Shown here piece after piece: positions 21,548 to 29,468 of a stretch of DNA of 64,000 nucleotides. Source of the DNA: Clostridia bacterium (GTDB lineage: Bacteria; Bacillota; Clostridia; Acetivibrionales; JAFADI01). A program made the translations under genes and the position numbers. Where the stretch lies: NCBI GenBank assembly GCA_026417615.1, contig JAOACY010000032.1, forward strand, positions 638-64,637, read 5' to 3'. The first letter of the stretch is position 1. Every line of letters starts with the position of its first letter. Below the pieces are notes generated by a model, which searched no databases, was not told where the DNA came from, and was given only the letters and a program-made list of their open reading frames with translations.

Positions 21548-23764
21548 TTATAGCTTTTTCAGATTGGCAAAAGCAGCCATCAGCCTTTTCATCCCTGCAT
21601 TTTTAAACTGTATCTCGAGCTTGAAATCATCACTTTCCTTTTCCACAGAGGTTATAACGCCAACGCCAAACTTTTTGTGCTCCACATTATCCCCTACGCT
21701 GAAGCTGATACAATTCAAAGGCTTTTTAAGCTCAGAGGCTGTTGTTAGCTTCATCCCTGCCGGAAAGCTGACAACCTTTTGCTTTGTAGCTACTCCCCAG
21801 CTAATGCCGGATGTGTCGGAAGTCCTTTTGTTCATCTTCTTTGCAGGACAGTCAAACAGCTCATCCGGTATTTCCTTTAAGAATCTGGAGGTTGTATAGC
21901 ATTCTGTCTTGCCAAAAAGGGTTCTGCAGTTTACATGTGTCATAAAAAGCTTTTCTCTGGCGCGGGTAATGCCTACATAGCAAAGCCTTCTTTCTTCTTC
22001 CAGCTCACTCTCCTCCATCATCGAGCGATATGAAGGAAATATACCCTCCTCCATACCAATCATGAACACAACCGGAAATTCAAGTCCCTTTGCGCTGTGG
22101 AGGGTCATAAGCACAACATTGTCTCTTTCCTCTGAAAGGTTGTCAATATCAGAAACAAGTGAAACATGAGAAAGAAAAGCTTCAAGTCCCTGTTCCTCGC
22201 TCTGCTGCTCAAATTCCATAGCAACGGAAATCAACTCCTGAATGTTTTCTATCCTGGTCTCTGCTTCAACTGTGCCTTCCGCCTGCAATTCCCCCAGAAT
22301 ACCCGTTTGGTTGATAACCTCCTCTATAAGTTCAGCCACACCGGTGCTCTCCTTTTTGGCCCTGAACCTGTTAACAAGCTCAACAAAACCCTCAAGCTTT
22401 GCGGAGGCCCTTGCGAGCTCAGGAATCTCCGAGGATGAGGATATCACGCTGAATATGCTTGCACCCCTTCTAACTGCTATGCTTTCCGCGTTATCTACTG
22501 TAGTATCCCCGATTCCCCTTTTGGGGACATTTATAATCCTTTTCAGGCTCAAATCATCAGAAGGGTTTTGAATAACCCGGAGGTAGGCTATGACATCCTT
22601 TATTTCCTTTCTGTCATAGAACCTTAAGCCTCCAATAATTTTATATGGTATACCCTCCCTAATGAACATTTCTTCAATCACACGGGATTGGGCATTCATT
22701 CTGTAAAGTACTGCAAAGTCTTTGAATTCCCTATTTTCTGCTGCTTTAAGCTTTTTGATTGCATTTGCCGCAAAGGACGCCTCTTCAAGCTCATTGCTGC
22801 CCTCATAATTATGAATCCTGGTTCCGTCTTCATTTTCGGTCCAAAGCTTTTTGCTTTTGCGTCCGAAATTGTTTTTGATTACATGGTTTGCAGCATCAAG
22901 TATTGTCTTGGTGGAACGGTAATTCTGCTCCAGCTTTATTACTTTCGCGTTCTTGAACTCTTTTTCAAAGTCCAGAATATTTCTTATGTTTGCCCCTCTC
23001 CAACCATATATTGACTGGTCATCGTCACCTACCACACACAGGTTCCTGTGAATATGTGCCAGCATGCTGATAAGAAGATACTGGGCAGTGTTTGTATCCT
23101 GATATTCATCTACCATTATGTATTTGAATTTTCTCTGATAAAATGACAATACCTGTGGATTTTCATTGAAAAGCTTTATTGTGTGCATGATTATATCGTC
23201 AAAATCCAAAGCATTATTTTGCTTAAGCTTCTTCTGATACAGCTCGTAAATGGAAGCCACCTTGCTCATTCTGAAATCCGTGGAATATGCTCTTGCAAAT
23301 GCCGCCGGATCCATCAGCTCGTTCTTTGCCTTGCTTATATTTTCAAGCATAGCCCTTGGAGGAAAATTCTTGTCGTTCAGATTCAGCTCCTTGAGGCAGG
23401 ATTTTATTAACGTCTGCTGATCAGCCGTATCAAATATTACAAAGCTTCTTTCAAAGCCTATTTTGTCAATATCCCGTCTGAGGATCTTAACGCAGGCGGA
23501 ATGGAATGTGCTGATCCACATATCCTGGGATATGTCGCCAAGAATTTTTCCCACCCTGTCTTTCATTTCCCTCGCAGCTTTATTGGTAAAAGTAATAGAC
23601 AGAATACTGCCTGGATGAACATCCTTCTCTTTTATCAGGTATGCAATCCTGTGGGTCAGAACCCTTGTTTTCCCGCTTCCCGCACCTGCCAGAATAAGCA
23701 GCGGGCCTTCAATATGCAAAACCGCTTCCTTTTGTTCCTTATTCAAATTCGAAAGTAAAGTCAT
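21548..23764 (-). CDS. pcrA: ATP-dependent DNA helicase PcrA (UvrD family)
   Basis: 738 aa with SF1 motifs AGAGSGKT, VDEYQDTN and TLHSAKGLEF, plus a PcrA-type C-terminal Tudor-like tail. Confidence 0.95.
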   Translation of the reverse strand: MTLLSNLNKEQKEAVLHIEGPLLILAGAGSGKTRVLTHRIAYLIKEKDVHPGSILSITFTNKAAREMKDRVGKILGDISQDMWISTFHSACVKILRRDIDKIGFERSFVIFDTADQQTLIKSCLKELNLNDKNFPPRAMLENISKAKNELMDPAAFARAYSTDFRMSKVASIYELYQKKLKQNNALDFDDIIMHTIKLFNENPQVLSFYQRKFKYIMVDEYQDTNTAQYLLISMLAHIHRNLCVVGDDDQSIYGWRGANIRNILDFEKEFKNAKVIKLEQNYRSTKTILDAANHVIKNNFGRKSKKLWTENEDGTRIHNYEGSNELEEASFAANAIKKLKAAENREFKDFAVLYRMNAQSRVIEEMFIREGIPYKIIGGLRFYDRKEIKDVIAYLRVIQNPSDDLSLKRIINVPKRGIGDTTVDNAESIAVRRGASIFSVISSSSEIPELARASAKLEGFVELVNRFRAKKESTGVAELIEEVINQTGILGELQAEGTVEAETRIENIQELISVAMEFEQQSEEQGLEAFLSHVSLVSDIDNLSEERDNVVLMTLHSAKGLEFPVVFMIGMEEGIFPSYRSMMEESELEEERRLCYVGITRAREKLFMTHVNCRTLFGKTECYTTSRFLKEIPDELFDCPAKKMNKRTSDTSGISWGVATKQKVVSFPAGMKLTTASELKKPLNCISFSVGDNVEHKKFGVGVITSVEKESDDFKLEIQFKNAGMKRLMAAFANLKKL

Positions 23765-23784
23765 CTTTTTTCTCCGTAATAATT

Positions 23785-23817
23785 AAATAATGCCGTGATA
23801 ATAAACCACGGCATTAT
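23785..23817 (-). terminator. intrinsic terminator downstream of hpf
   Basis: Perfect 12-bp stem AATAATGCCGTG/CACGGCATTATT with a 9-nt loop, followed by T-rich sequence on the minus strand. Confidence 0.65.
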
Positions 23818-23847
23818 TATAGAGTATTTTCAAATTAAAAACAATTC

Positions 23848-24378
23848 TTAGAATTCAGGTTCAATTAAGCCATAATTGCCATCTTTCCTCTTGTATACCA
23901 CATTTACTTCCTTTGTTTCAGCATTTGAAAACACGAAAAATTCGTGTCCAAGAAGATTCATCTGAAGAATGGCTTCTTCCAACGTCATTGGTTTGACAGC
24001 AAACCTCTTCATCCTAACCACCTTGAATTCCTGTTCCTCAGGTACATCATAGTCAGGGGTGAAGTTTTCATCCATGAATGCTCCTTCTCGAAGCTTCTTC
24101 TCAAGTCTTGTCTTATTCCTTCTTATCTGTCTTTCAACAATATCTATTACCTTATCAATCGATGTGTACATATCACTATTGGATTCTTCAGCCCTTATGA
24201 CAACACCATTAAAGGGAATTGTAACCTCAATAATATGTCTGTTCTTCTCCACGCTCATGGTAACATGCACTTCAGTTCCCGGATTAAAGAATTTCTCAAG
24301 CTTGCTCAGTTTTTTGACGGCTTTCTCCTTTAGAGCATCCGTCACTTCAAGGTTCTTTCCGCTAACGATAAATTTCAT
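23848..24378 (-). CDS. hpf: ribosome hibernation-promoting factor (long HPF)
   Basis: 176 aa with an N-terminal S30AE/RaiA domain (MKFIVSGKNLEVTDALKE) and a C-terminal dimerisation domain (FVFSNAETKEVNVVYKRKDGNYGLIEP). Confidence 0.93.
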   Translation of the reverse strand: MKFIVSGKNLEVTDALKEKAVKKLSKLEKFFNPGTEVHVTMSVEKNRHIIEVTIPFNGVVIRAEESNSDMYTSIDKVIDIVERQIRRNKTRLEKKLREGAFMDENFTPDYDVPEEQEFKVVRMKRFAVKPMTLEEAILQMNLLGHEFFVFSNAETKEVNVVYKRKDGNYGLIEPEF

Positions 24379-24463
24379 ATACGTCTAACCCCTTTCCTGT
24401 AGCGAATAAATTCTGCAGTTTGCTGTCACGATTGCAGTATTTATTCAAAATTCTTTAATATTT

Positions 24464-24488
24464 TTACCCGAATACACCTTTGGTAAAC
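24464..24488 (-). promoter_or_regulatory. SigB-type promoter candidate upstream of hpf (GTTTAC-N13-GGGTAA)
   Basis: On the minus strand: GTTTAC (24483-24488), a 13-nt spacer, GGGTAA (24464-24469). It lies about 86 nt upstream of the hpf ATG and matches the Bacillus SigB consensus GTTTAA-N12-15-GGGTAT. Confidence 0.5.
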
Positions 24489-24638
24489 AATTTAAATTGT
24501 CAAAAGACATTTAATAATAATTATATTCTACGTCTGCCATGTAATTCCTTCTTAGTTCAGATTTTTTTATAGCTTTATATGAATATCTGCATATTTTTAT
24601 TAATATATTGCTATATTATTGTATTTTTGGTATTTTTT

Positions 24639-24932
24639 ATATTCACATTTCCCCCACAAAACAGTTGTTTTGTGAAAATAACTTCTGTGGATAATGTGTA
24701 TAAATCTGTGAATAACTTATATCAGCAGGTTTTGGCTGTTAATAATTTGATTAAATTTATTTACCATTTTTTATGATTATGTTAACAAAGATAAAATTTT
24801 AGGATTTTTTTGCTGATGCGCTTATTTACTTGATTTCAGGCACTTCAACAAAGCACAGTTCGTCATAAATGTCAATACTTTTTCAAAATAATCTATAATT
24901 TTTTACACAATTTTACATAATACTTATCCACA
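24639..24932. promoter_or_regulatory. DnaA-box cluster in an AT-rich intergenic region
   Basis: Two perfect TTATCCACA boxes (24686-24694 minus, 24924-24932 plus). Two one-mismatch boxes (24695-24703 TTATACACA, 24707-24715 TTATTCACA, both minus and tandem with the perfect one). Two two-mismatch boxes (24639-24647, 24901-24909). Confidence 0.7.
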
Positions 24933-25092
24933 GAAATCAAGCATTTAATTCGTAAACATTCCACATGATTGCTTCCAAAAAAAGCATTAGATCGAGTAGG
25001 AGGTAAGTGATTATTTCACATACCGACCTCTCACACCACCGTACGTACCGTTCGGTATACGGTGGTTCAGATAGAAATTAATGTACTAATAA

Positions 25093-25263
25093 TTACCTTT
25101 CGGTTATTGTCGGAAACCCTTGTTTCCTGAGTTTTTCATTGGTTACGGCTATAGTAATGATGGGACTTTTGGAAATTCTTCAGTAGTTTTTTCTTGTGTT
25201 GGCATATTCCCACGCTTTGTAAGTATCAATTCCTAGCTTGACAAGATTGTCGTGTCTGGGGAA
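25093..25263 (-). pseudogene. C-terminal remnant of a group II intron reverse transcriptase/maturase
   Basis: Translation is FPRHDNLVKLGIDTYKAWEYANTRKNY*RISKSPIITIAVTNEKLRKQGFPTITER*. It resembles the ...RKGYWR-x-x-x-SP... tail of intron-encoded proteins. An in-frame TGA at 25180-25182 sits where Trp is expected. Confidence 0.6.
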
Positions 25264-25309
25264 ACAATCCTGTTACAGGTGAAAAATATCTGAATCAAAC
25301 ACAGGAAGG

Positions 25310-25725
25310 ATGAAAATAATGGACGATATGACCAGAAATGCAATAGGACTGAAGAAGTTCTCTATTATCTGTCCTGCACTAAACGGTCAGGTGTCAAGTA
25401 ATGCAGAGTATTTCAGGCAGCTTGCCGGCAAGCTGATAGAGATGCCTTACTACGGCATGCGCAATTACACTGCTAAAACTTTCGAAACCTGGCTGTACAG
25501 CTACTACAAATACGGGCTTGACGGACTGATAAGAAACTACAGGAATGACAAGGAAAAGCACCGTAAAATATCGGATGAACTGGGTGAGGAAAAATATCAC
25601 GCAGAACAGCAGTTCCCAATGTCCCCGTAACAGTACTTTATGAGAACCTTGTAGCAGATGGTCTGATAGACCATCTTAACATTTCAAAGCTTACTCATTA
25701 CCGCTACACTTTTTTAAAGCCGGGA
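25310..25725 (+). pseudogene. N-terminal fragment of a DDE (rve/Mu-type) transposase, frameshifted and truncated
   Basis: KKFSIICPALNGQV...PYYGMRNYTAKTFETWLYSYYKYGLDGL matches the HTH N-terminus of rve-type transposases from memory. There is a stop at 25628. Homology continues in another frame (VLYENLVADGLIDHLNISKLTHYRY). No catalytic domain follows. Confidence 0.55.
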
Positions 25726-26061
25726 GATGCAAGAATTGGAATCACGCCTCACATTGAGGAGAAAAGTGATTGTTCAAAGGCATTTCAATAGCATCGAAAA
25801 GATGAATTCGTGGGAAATGTCTTTAGGGTTCGAGCATGAATTCACTTTTCTCAGATTTATTCCTTACGGGTCGGTGAAATTGCCTTTGCCCATTAACTTT
25901 TTCCATGTAAGCTATTTATCGTATTTAATATAGTTAATTTGAGAATTGACAATGTACATGCATTGTCTTACTGAAAATATGCACTAGATATTTTGTAGTT
26001 TTCTTGTTAAAAATATATTGAAATATTTCTTTGAGCAGATTACGTTGCTTTACGAAATTCT

Positions 26062-27621
26062 TCAAATCCGGTGTTTTTTTCTGTACTCGCTTGGGCTAAA
26101 ACCGGTGTTTTTTGAAAAAAGACGGGAAAAATAGTGACAATCGTGAATTCCTACCTTATCAGCAATTTCGGTAATATGCAGATCAGTAGCTGTTAGAAAA
26201 TGCTTTGCCATTCTAATTCTGTAGGAGGTAAGATAATCCCAGAAGCTCATCCCCAATTCTGCTTTAAACAGATATGCAAACCAGCTTTGGCTGAGATTTA
26301 CATGCCTTGCAGCATCAGCAAGGCTTATTTCATCGCTGAAATTACTGTTAACATACTCAATTGCCTGCTTTATCTCGCTTCTCATGGATGCACGCTCATG
26401 CTGCAAGCCAAAAGAAAGCCTTAATGCTGCTGATATGGCAGCAGATTTGATTTCAGATATATGGAATGCACTTTCTGCCTTTTCCTTCAGCCATGAATTG
26501 AGAGGCTTAACAAGATTGCTGTCTTGAGTTATTGTAATACTGGAAGGTATGCATGAGGCCAGCATGGCAAGCATCAGCTTAACATCTGACGGGTATATTA
26601 AAAATTCAGTATCAATGCAATCCTTCCATTCTAATAATATCTGAGAGGCGCTGACGCCATTTCCTTCATCAAGCGCTTTTCTTAAGCTGTTTATAATTTT
26701 TTGGAATTTTTCTGAAGGCATGGAGCAGATTTTCCTTTTTATGCCTTCAAAAGTAACAATACTCATATTCTCACTATAGAACCCCAAATCAAAAAGATTC
26801 AGCAATTCTTCCTTTGCATCTCCAAGTCTGTCCAGAGAATAATAAATACTACCTTTAAGAATTCGGCAAAAGTATTGATTTTTGCTAACTTCTGATTTAA
26901 TAGAATCAAACATTGCACTAAAAAATATATTTGATTTTTCATCAAATATTGACTTTGAAGAAGGCTTCATGGAAAATGTAAAAAAAACTATACGTTCTGG
27001 TAAAAGAAGAACAGGAAAATGGCAAAAATCCCCATCCCACCTTTCATTGCACAACTTGGAAGCATCTGCCGAGCTAACAGCCTCAGGCAATGCTTCAAAT
27101 GAAGCAAACCGGAATTGCATAGGATTAAAGCCTGATTCCTTCATTGCATCTATTGCTTCACTTAGATTATGTCCCGATTTTTCAAGAATAAAATTCGATA
27201 GCATTTTTCTTACTGTTCTTCTATATGTTTGTTTTTCCTTATTGATTTCAATCGCTATTTTATTTAATGCATTTATAAAATCTTCCTCCTGAAGCATAAG
27301 TTTTATAATATAATCGCTGGCCCCAAGCTTTACAGCCTTCTGAACCTTTTCAAAATCATCATAGCAGGTCAACAGCACAACCTTTGGCGCAAAATGCATC
27401 TTCTTGATGCTTTTAAGCAGATCAAGACCGTCCATAACAGGCATTACTATGTCAGTAACAACTATATCAGGCCTTAAGCTATCCACCAATTCGAGAGCCT
27501 CAGAACCATTTTCCGCCTCTCCGACAATCTCATACCCGTGCTTTGACAATTGAAAGCTTTTGATTCTTTTTCGCGGAAGCGTCTCGTCATCTACAATTAT
27601 AAGTTTTAACAGCTCGCTCAT
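26062..27621 (-). CDS. response regulator, REC + AraC-type HTH (YesN-like)
   Basis: N-terminal REC (LIIVDDE...DIVVTDIVMPVMDG...K) and a C-terminal AraC HTH (ITEIADKVGIHDCHYFSRLFSKNTGFSPSEYR). The likely start is MSELLK at 27621 behind GGAGG. Confidence 0.9.
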   Translation of the reverse strand: MSELLKLIIVDDETLPRKRIKSFQLSKHGYEIVGEAENGSEALELVDSLRPDIVVTDIVMPVMDGLDLLKSIKKMHFAPKVVLLTCYDDFEKVQKAVKLGASDYIIKLMLQEEDFINALNKIAIEINKEKQTYRRTVRKMLSNFILEKSGHNLSEAIDAMKESGFNPMQFRFASFEALPEAVSSADASKLCNERWDGDFCHFPVLLLPERIVFFTFSMKPSSKSIFDEKSNIFFSAMFDSIKSEVSKNQYFCRILKGSIYYSLDRLGDAKEELLNLFDLGFYSENMSIVTFEGIKRKICSMPSEKFQKIINSLRKALDEGNGVSASQILLEWKDCIDTEFLIYPSDVKLMLAMLASCIPSSITITQDSNLVKPLNSWLKEKAESAFHISEIKSAAISAALRLSFGLQHERASMRSEIKQAIEYVNSNFSDEISLADAARHVNLSQSWFAYLFKAELGMSFWDYLTSYRIRMAKHFLTATDLHITEIADKVGIHDCHYFSRLFSKNTGFSPSEYRKKHRI

Positions 27622-27654
27622 TTTTACCTCCGTTAAAAGCTGCAATGAAAAATT

Positions 27655-29385
27655 TCACAGGTTAACCGGCATTTTTAAAACAACTTCTGTTCCTTCATTT
27701 TGACAGCTTTCTACCTTTATTCCATATTTTTCTCCATAGTACAGACGAATTCTGTCATGAACATTTTTTATTCCTATTCCGGTAGTATCAAGCTTGGAAT
27801 TGGTTGATTCATTTTTGAACAAATTATTCACCATTTCTTGTGACATCCCTATGCCGTTGTCTTTAACAGTTATATATAGAATATCGTCAATCCTTCTGGC
27901 GCAAATTCCCAGTTTTCCCTTTCGTACTTTTAAAGGATGAAGGCCATGAAAAATAGCATTTTCTACAATAGGTTGGAATATAAGCTTTAACACCTTGATT
28001 TCTCCTATTTCGCCTAAAAGATCTTCAACATTGAATTCAAATCTATCCTGATACCGAACTGATTGAATGTATAGATATTTCTTTATATATTCAAATTCCT
28101 CCTTCAACGTGGTAAGGAATCTATTCTTGTCCAAGCCATATTTAAGCAGTTCTGTCAATACCCTCATAACCTTGTGAACATCCTCTTTGGGACTAATGTC
28201 AACCATTACATCTATACAATTTAGAGTATTATATAAAAAATGAGGGTTAAGCTGAGAAATTAGAACATTTAATTCAGCTTGCCGTTTTCTTTCATGCATT
28301 ATATCTATTTCTTCAATCATTTGTTTAGTTAGGTGAGCCATTCGATTGAATTCTGATGCAACCCTTCCGAATTCATCCTGCCTTTTAATCTCTATCCTGT
28401 AATCCAGGTTTCCTTCTCCAATGCTTTTAATACCCCTCGATAATTCAAGAAGAGGCTTGGTAAACCACCATGATACAATAAAAGATATACAAATAAGTCC
28501 GAAAATCCCATAAAGCAGTACAATGAACAATCCGTTTTCCAAAGGCTTAAATCTGCTTTCAAGCTTATTGACATCTCCTATTGTTATTATTTTCCATTCA
28601 GGGTAAAAATTCATAGCACTAACAGAATAAAACACCATTTGCTTTTTTAAAAAATCAATTGCCTTATCATAGTTCTGGAGCTCCTCTTCATGAACACCTT
28701 TAACTTCTTTTCCATGCATATAGCTTACAAAGGTTTCTGCAAGTCTACCCTTGCTGTCATATATCAATGTATTGATTTTATAATTTCCACCATATACTGA
28801 GGATTTGTCAAGCAGAGATTCTACATCCACAACCATAGCAATTATTCCTATTTTTTCGCCATTGCTGGTTATTATTTGCTTGACAATTGCTGAAGAAGGC
28901 TTATATCCGGATTTATCCGAAATATTTGAGTAAAAAAAATGAGACCACAGTATGCCTTCAGCTTTTGAGCCTAAATAATCCGAAATTATTGATAATTCCT
29001 TTTGAGCAAAATGTTCCCAATATATTTCTGGATATCCGCTGACAACTCCGTTTTTTTTGATAAACGCTATTCCTCTTATATATTCCGATCTGTTTCTTCC
29101 AAGTATTTCGGTAATATTCTTTACACTTTCACTATCAGGATTCTGAAGAATTCTTTTCTCAACATCAAGCATTAAAGTGTTAATTTGATTGATTGTTCCT
29201 TTTACAGAATGCATAACCTGCTCTGCAATGCCATCTAACGCTTCATTCTGCGTTTGCCTGAAAAAGTCGGTAAGGTAAAGCTTTGAAAGCTGTATAATAA
29301 ATACATAAAAAACAAGGCTAGAAGCAACAAGAATTGCAATCAGCTTTATCCTGGCACTTGCAAATATGTTCATCAAGCAGGCCAC
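27655..29385 (-). CDS. sensor histidine kinase, YesM/LytS-type (2 TM, HAMP, His_kinase, HATPase)
   Basis: HAMP (FTKPLLELSRGIKSIGEGNLDYRI), QLNPHFLYNTLN H-box of the YesM/LytS class, and a C-terminal HATPase (DNGIGM...TGIGIKNV). Confidence 0.9.
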   Translation of the reverse strand: MACLMNIFASARIKLIAILVASSLVFYVFIIQLSKLYLTDFFRQTQNEALDGIAEQVMHSVKGTINQINTLMLDVEKRILQNPDSESVKNITEILGRNRSEYIRGIAFIKKNGVVSGYPEIYWEHFAQKELSIISDYLGSKAEGILWSHFFYSNISDKSGYKPSSAIVKQIITSNGEKIGIIAMVVDVESLLDKSSVYGGNYKINTLIYDSKGRLAETFVSYMHGKEVKGVHEEELQNYDKAIDFLKKQMVFYSVSAMNFYPEWKIITIGDVNKLESRFKPLENGLFIVLLYGIFGLICISFIVSWWFTKPLLELSRGIKSIGEGNLDYRIEIKRQDEFGRVASEFNRMAHLTKQMIEEIDIMHERKRQAELNVLISQLNPHFLYNTLNCIDVMVDISPKEDVHKVMRVLTELLKYGLDKNRFLTTLKEEFEYIKKYLYIQSVRYQDRFEFNVEDLLGEIGEIKVLKLIFQPIVENAIFHGLHPLKVRKGKLGICARRIDDILYITVKDNGIGMSQEMVNNLFKNESTNSKLDTTGIGIKNVHDRIRLYYGEKYGIKVESCQNEGTEVVLKMPVNL

Positions 29386-29390
29386 CTCAC

Positions 29391-29440
29391 AAAAAATAAA
29401 TACTTAAATTGTCAGAGCCTCAAACTCTGACAATTTAAGT
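29391..29440 (-). terminator. strong intercistronic hairpin/terminator between the SBP gene and the kinase gene
   Basis: Perfect 16-bp stem ACTTAAATTGTCAGAG/CTCTGACAATTTAAGT with a 7-nt loop. On the minus strand it is followed by ATTTATTTTTT, which ends only a few nt before the kinase start at 29385. Confidence 0.75.
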
Positions 29441-29468
29441 TTACCATAAAATATAGTAATGCAATATA

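Larger units (their letters stand above)
24996..25924 (-). mobile_element. decayed group II intron: 5' domain-I segment, interior replaced by an opposite-strand transposase fragment, then RT tail and domains V/VI
   Basis: On the minus strand, a domain V hairpin sits at 25035-25066 (CCACCGTAT-ACC-GAAC-GGT-AC-GTACGGTGG, with the 2-nt AC bulge on the 3' arm). A domain VI-like stem with an unpaired A ends ...CCTCCTAC near 24996. The RT C-terminal remnant is upstream. The 5' segment (25775-25924) is homologous to a copy that starts GTGCG. Confidence 0.7.

Noticed and set aside
24590-24940. The chromosomal replication origin (oriC), suggested by the DnaA-box cluster plus the AT-rich tract
   Set aside because: No dnaA, dnaN or rpmH is nearby. 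Gene orientation does not switch here: genes on both sides remain predominantly on the minus strand, so the region lies inside one replichore. I kept it as a DnaA-box cluster of unknown role instead.
25310-25630. 106-aa ORF as an intact small HTH gene
   Set aside because: Homology to transposase N-termini continues past the stop codon in another frame and then ends with no catalytic domain. I treated it as a pseudogene fragment.
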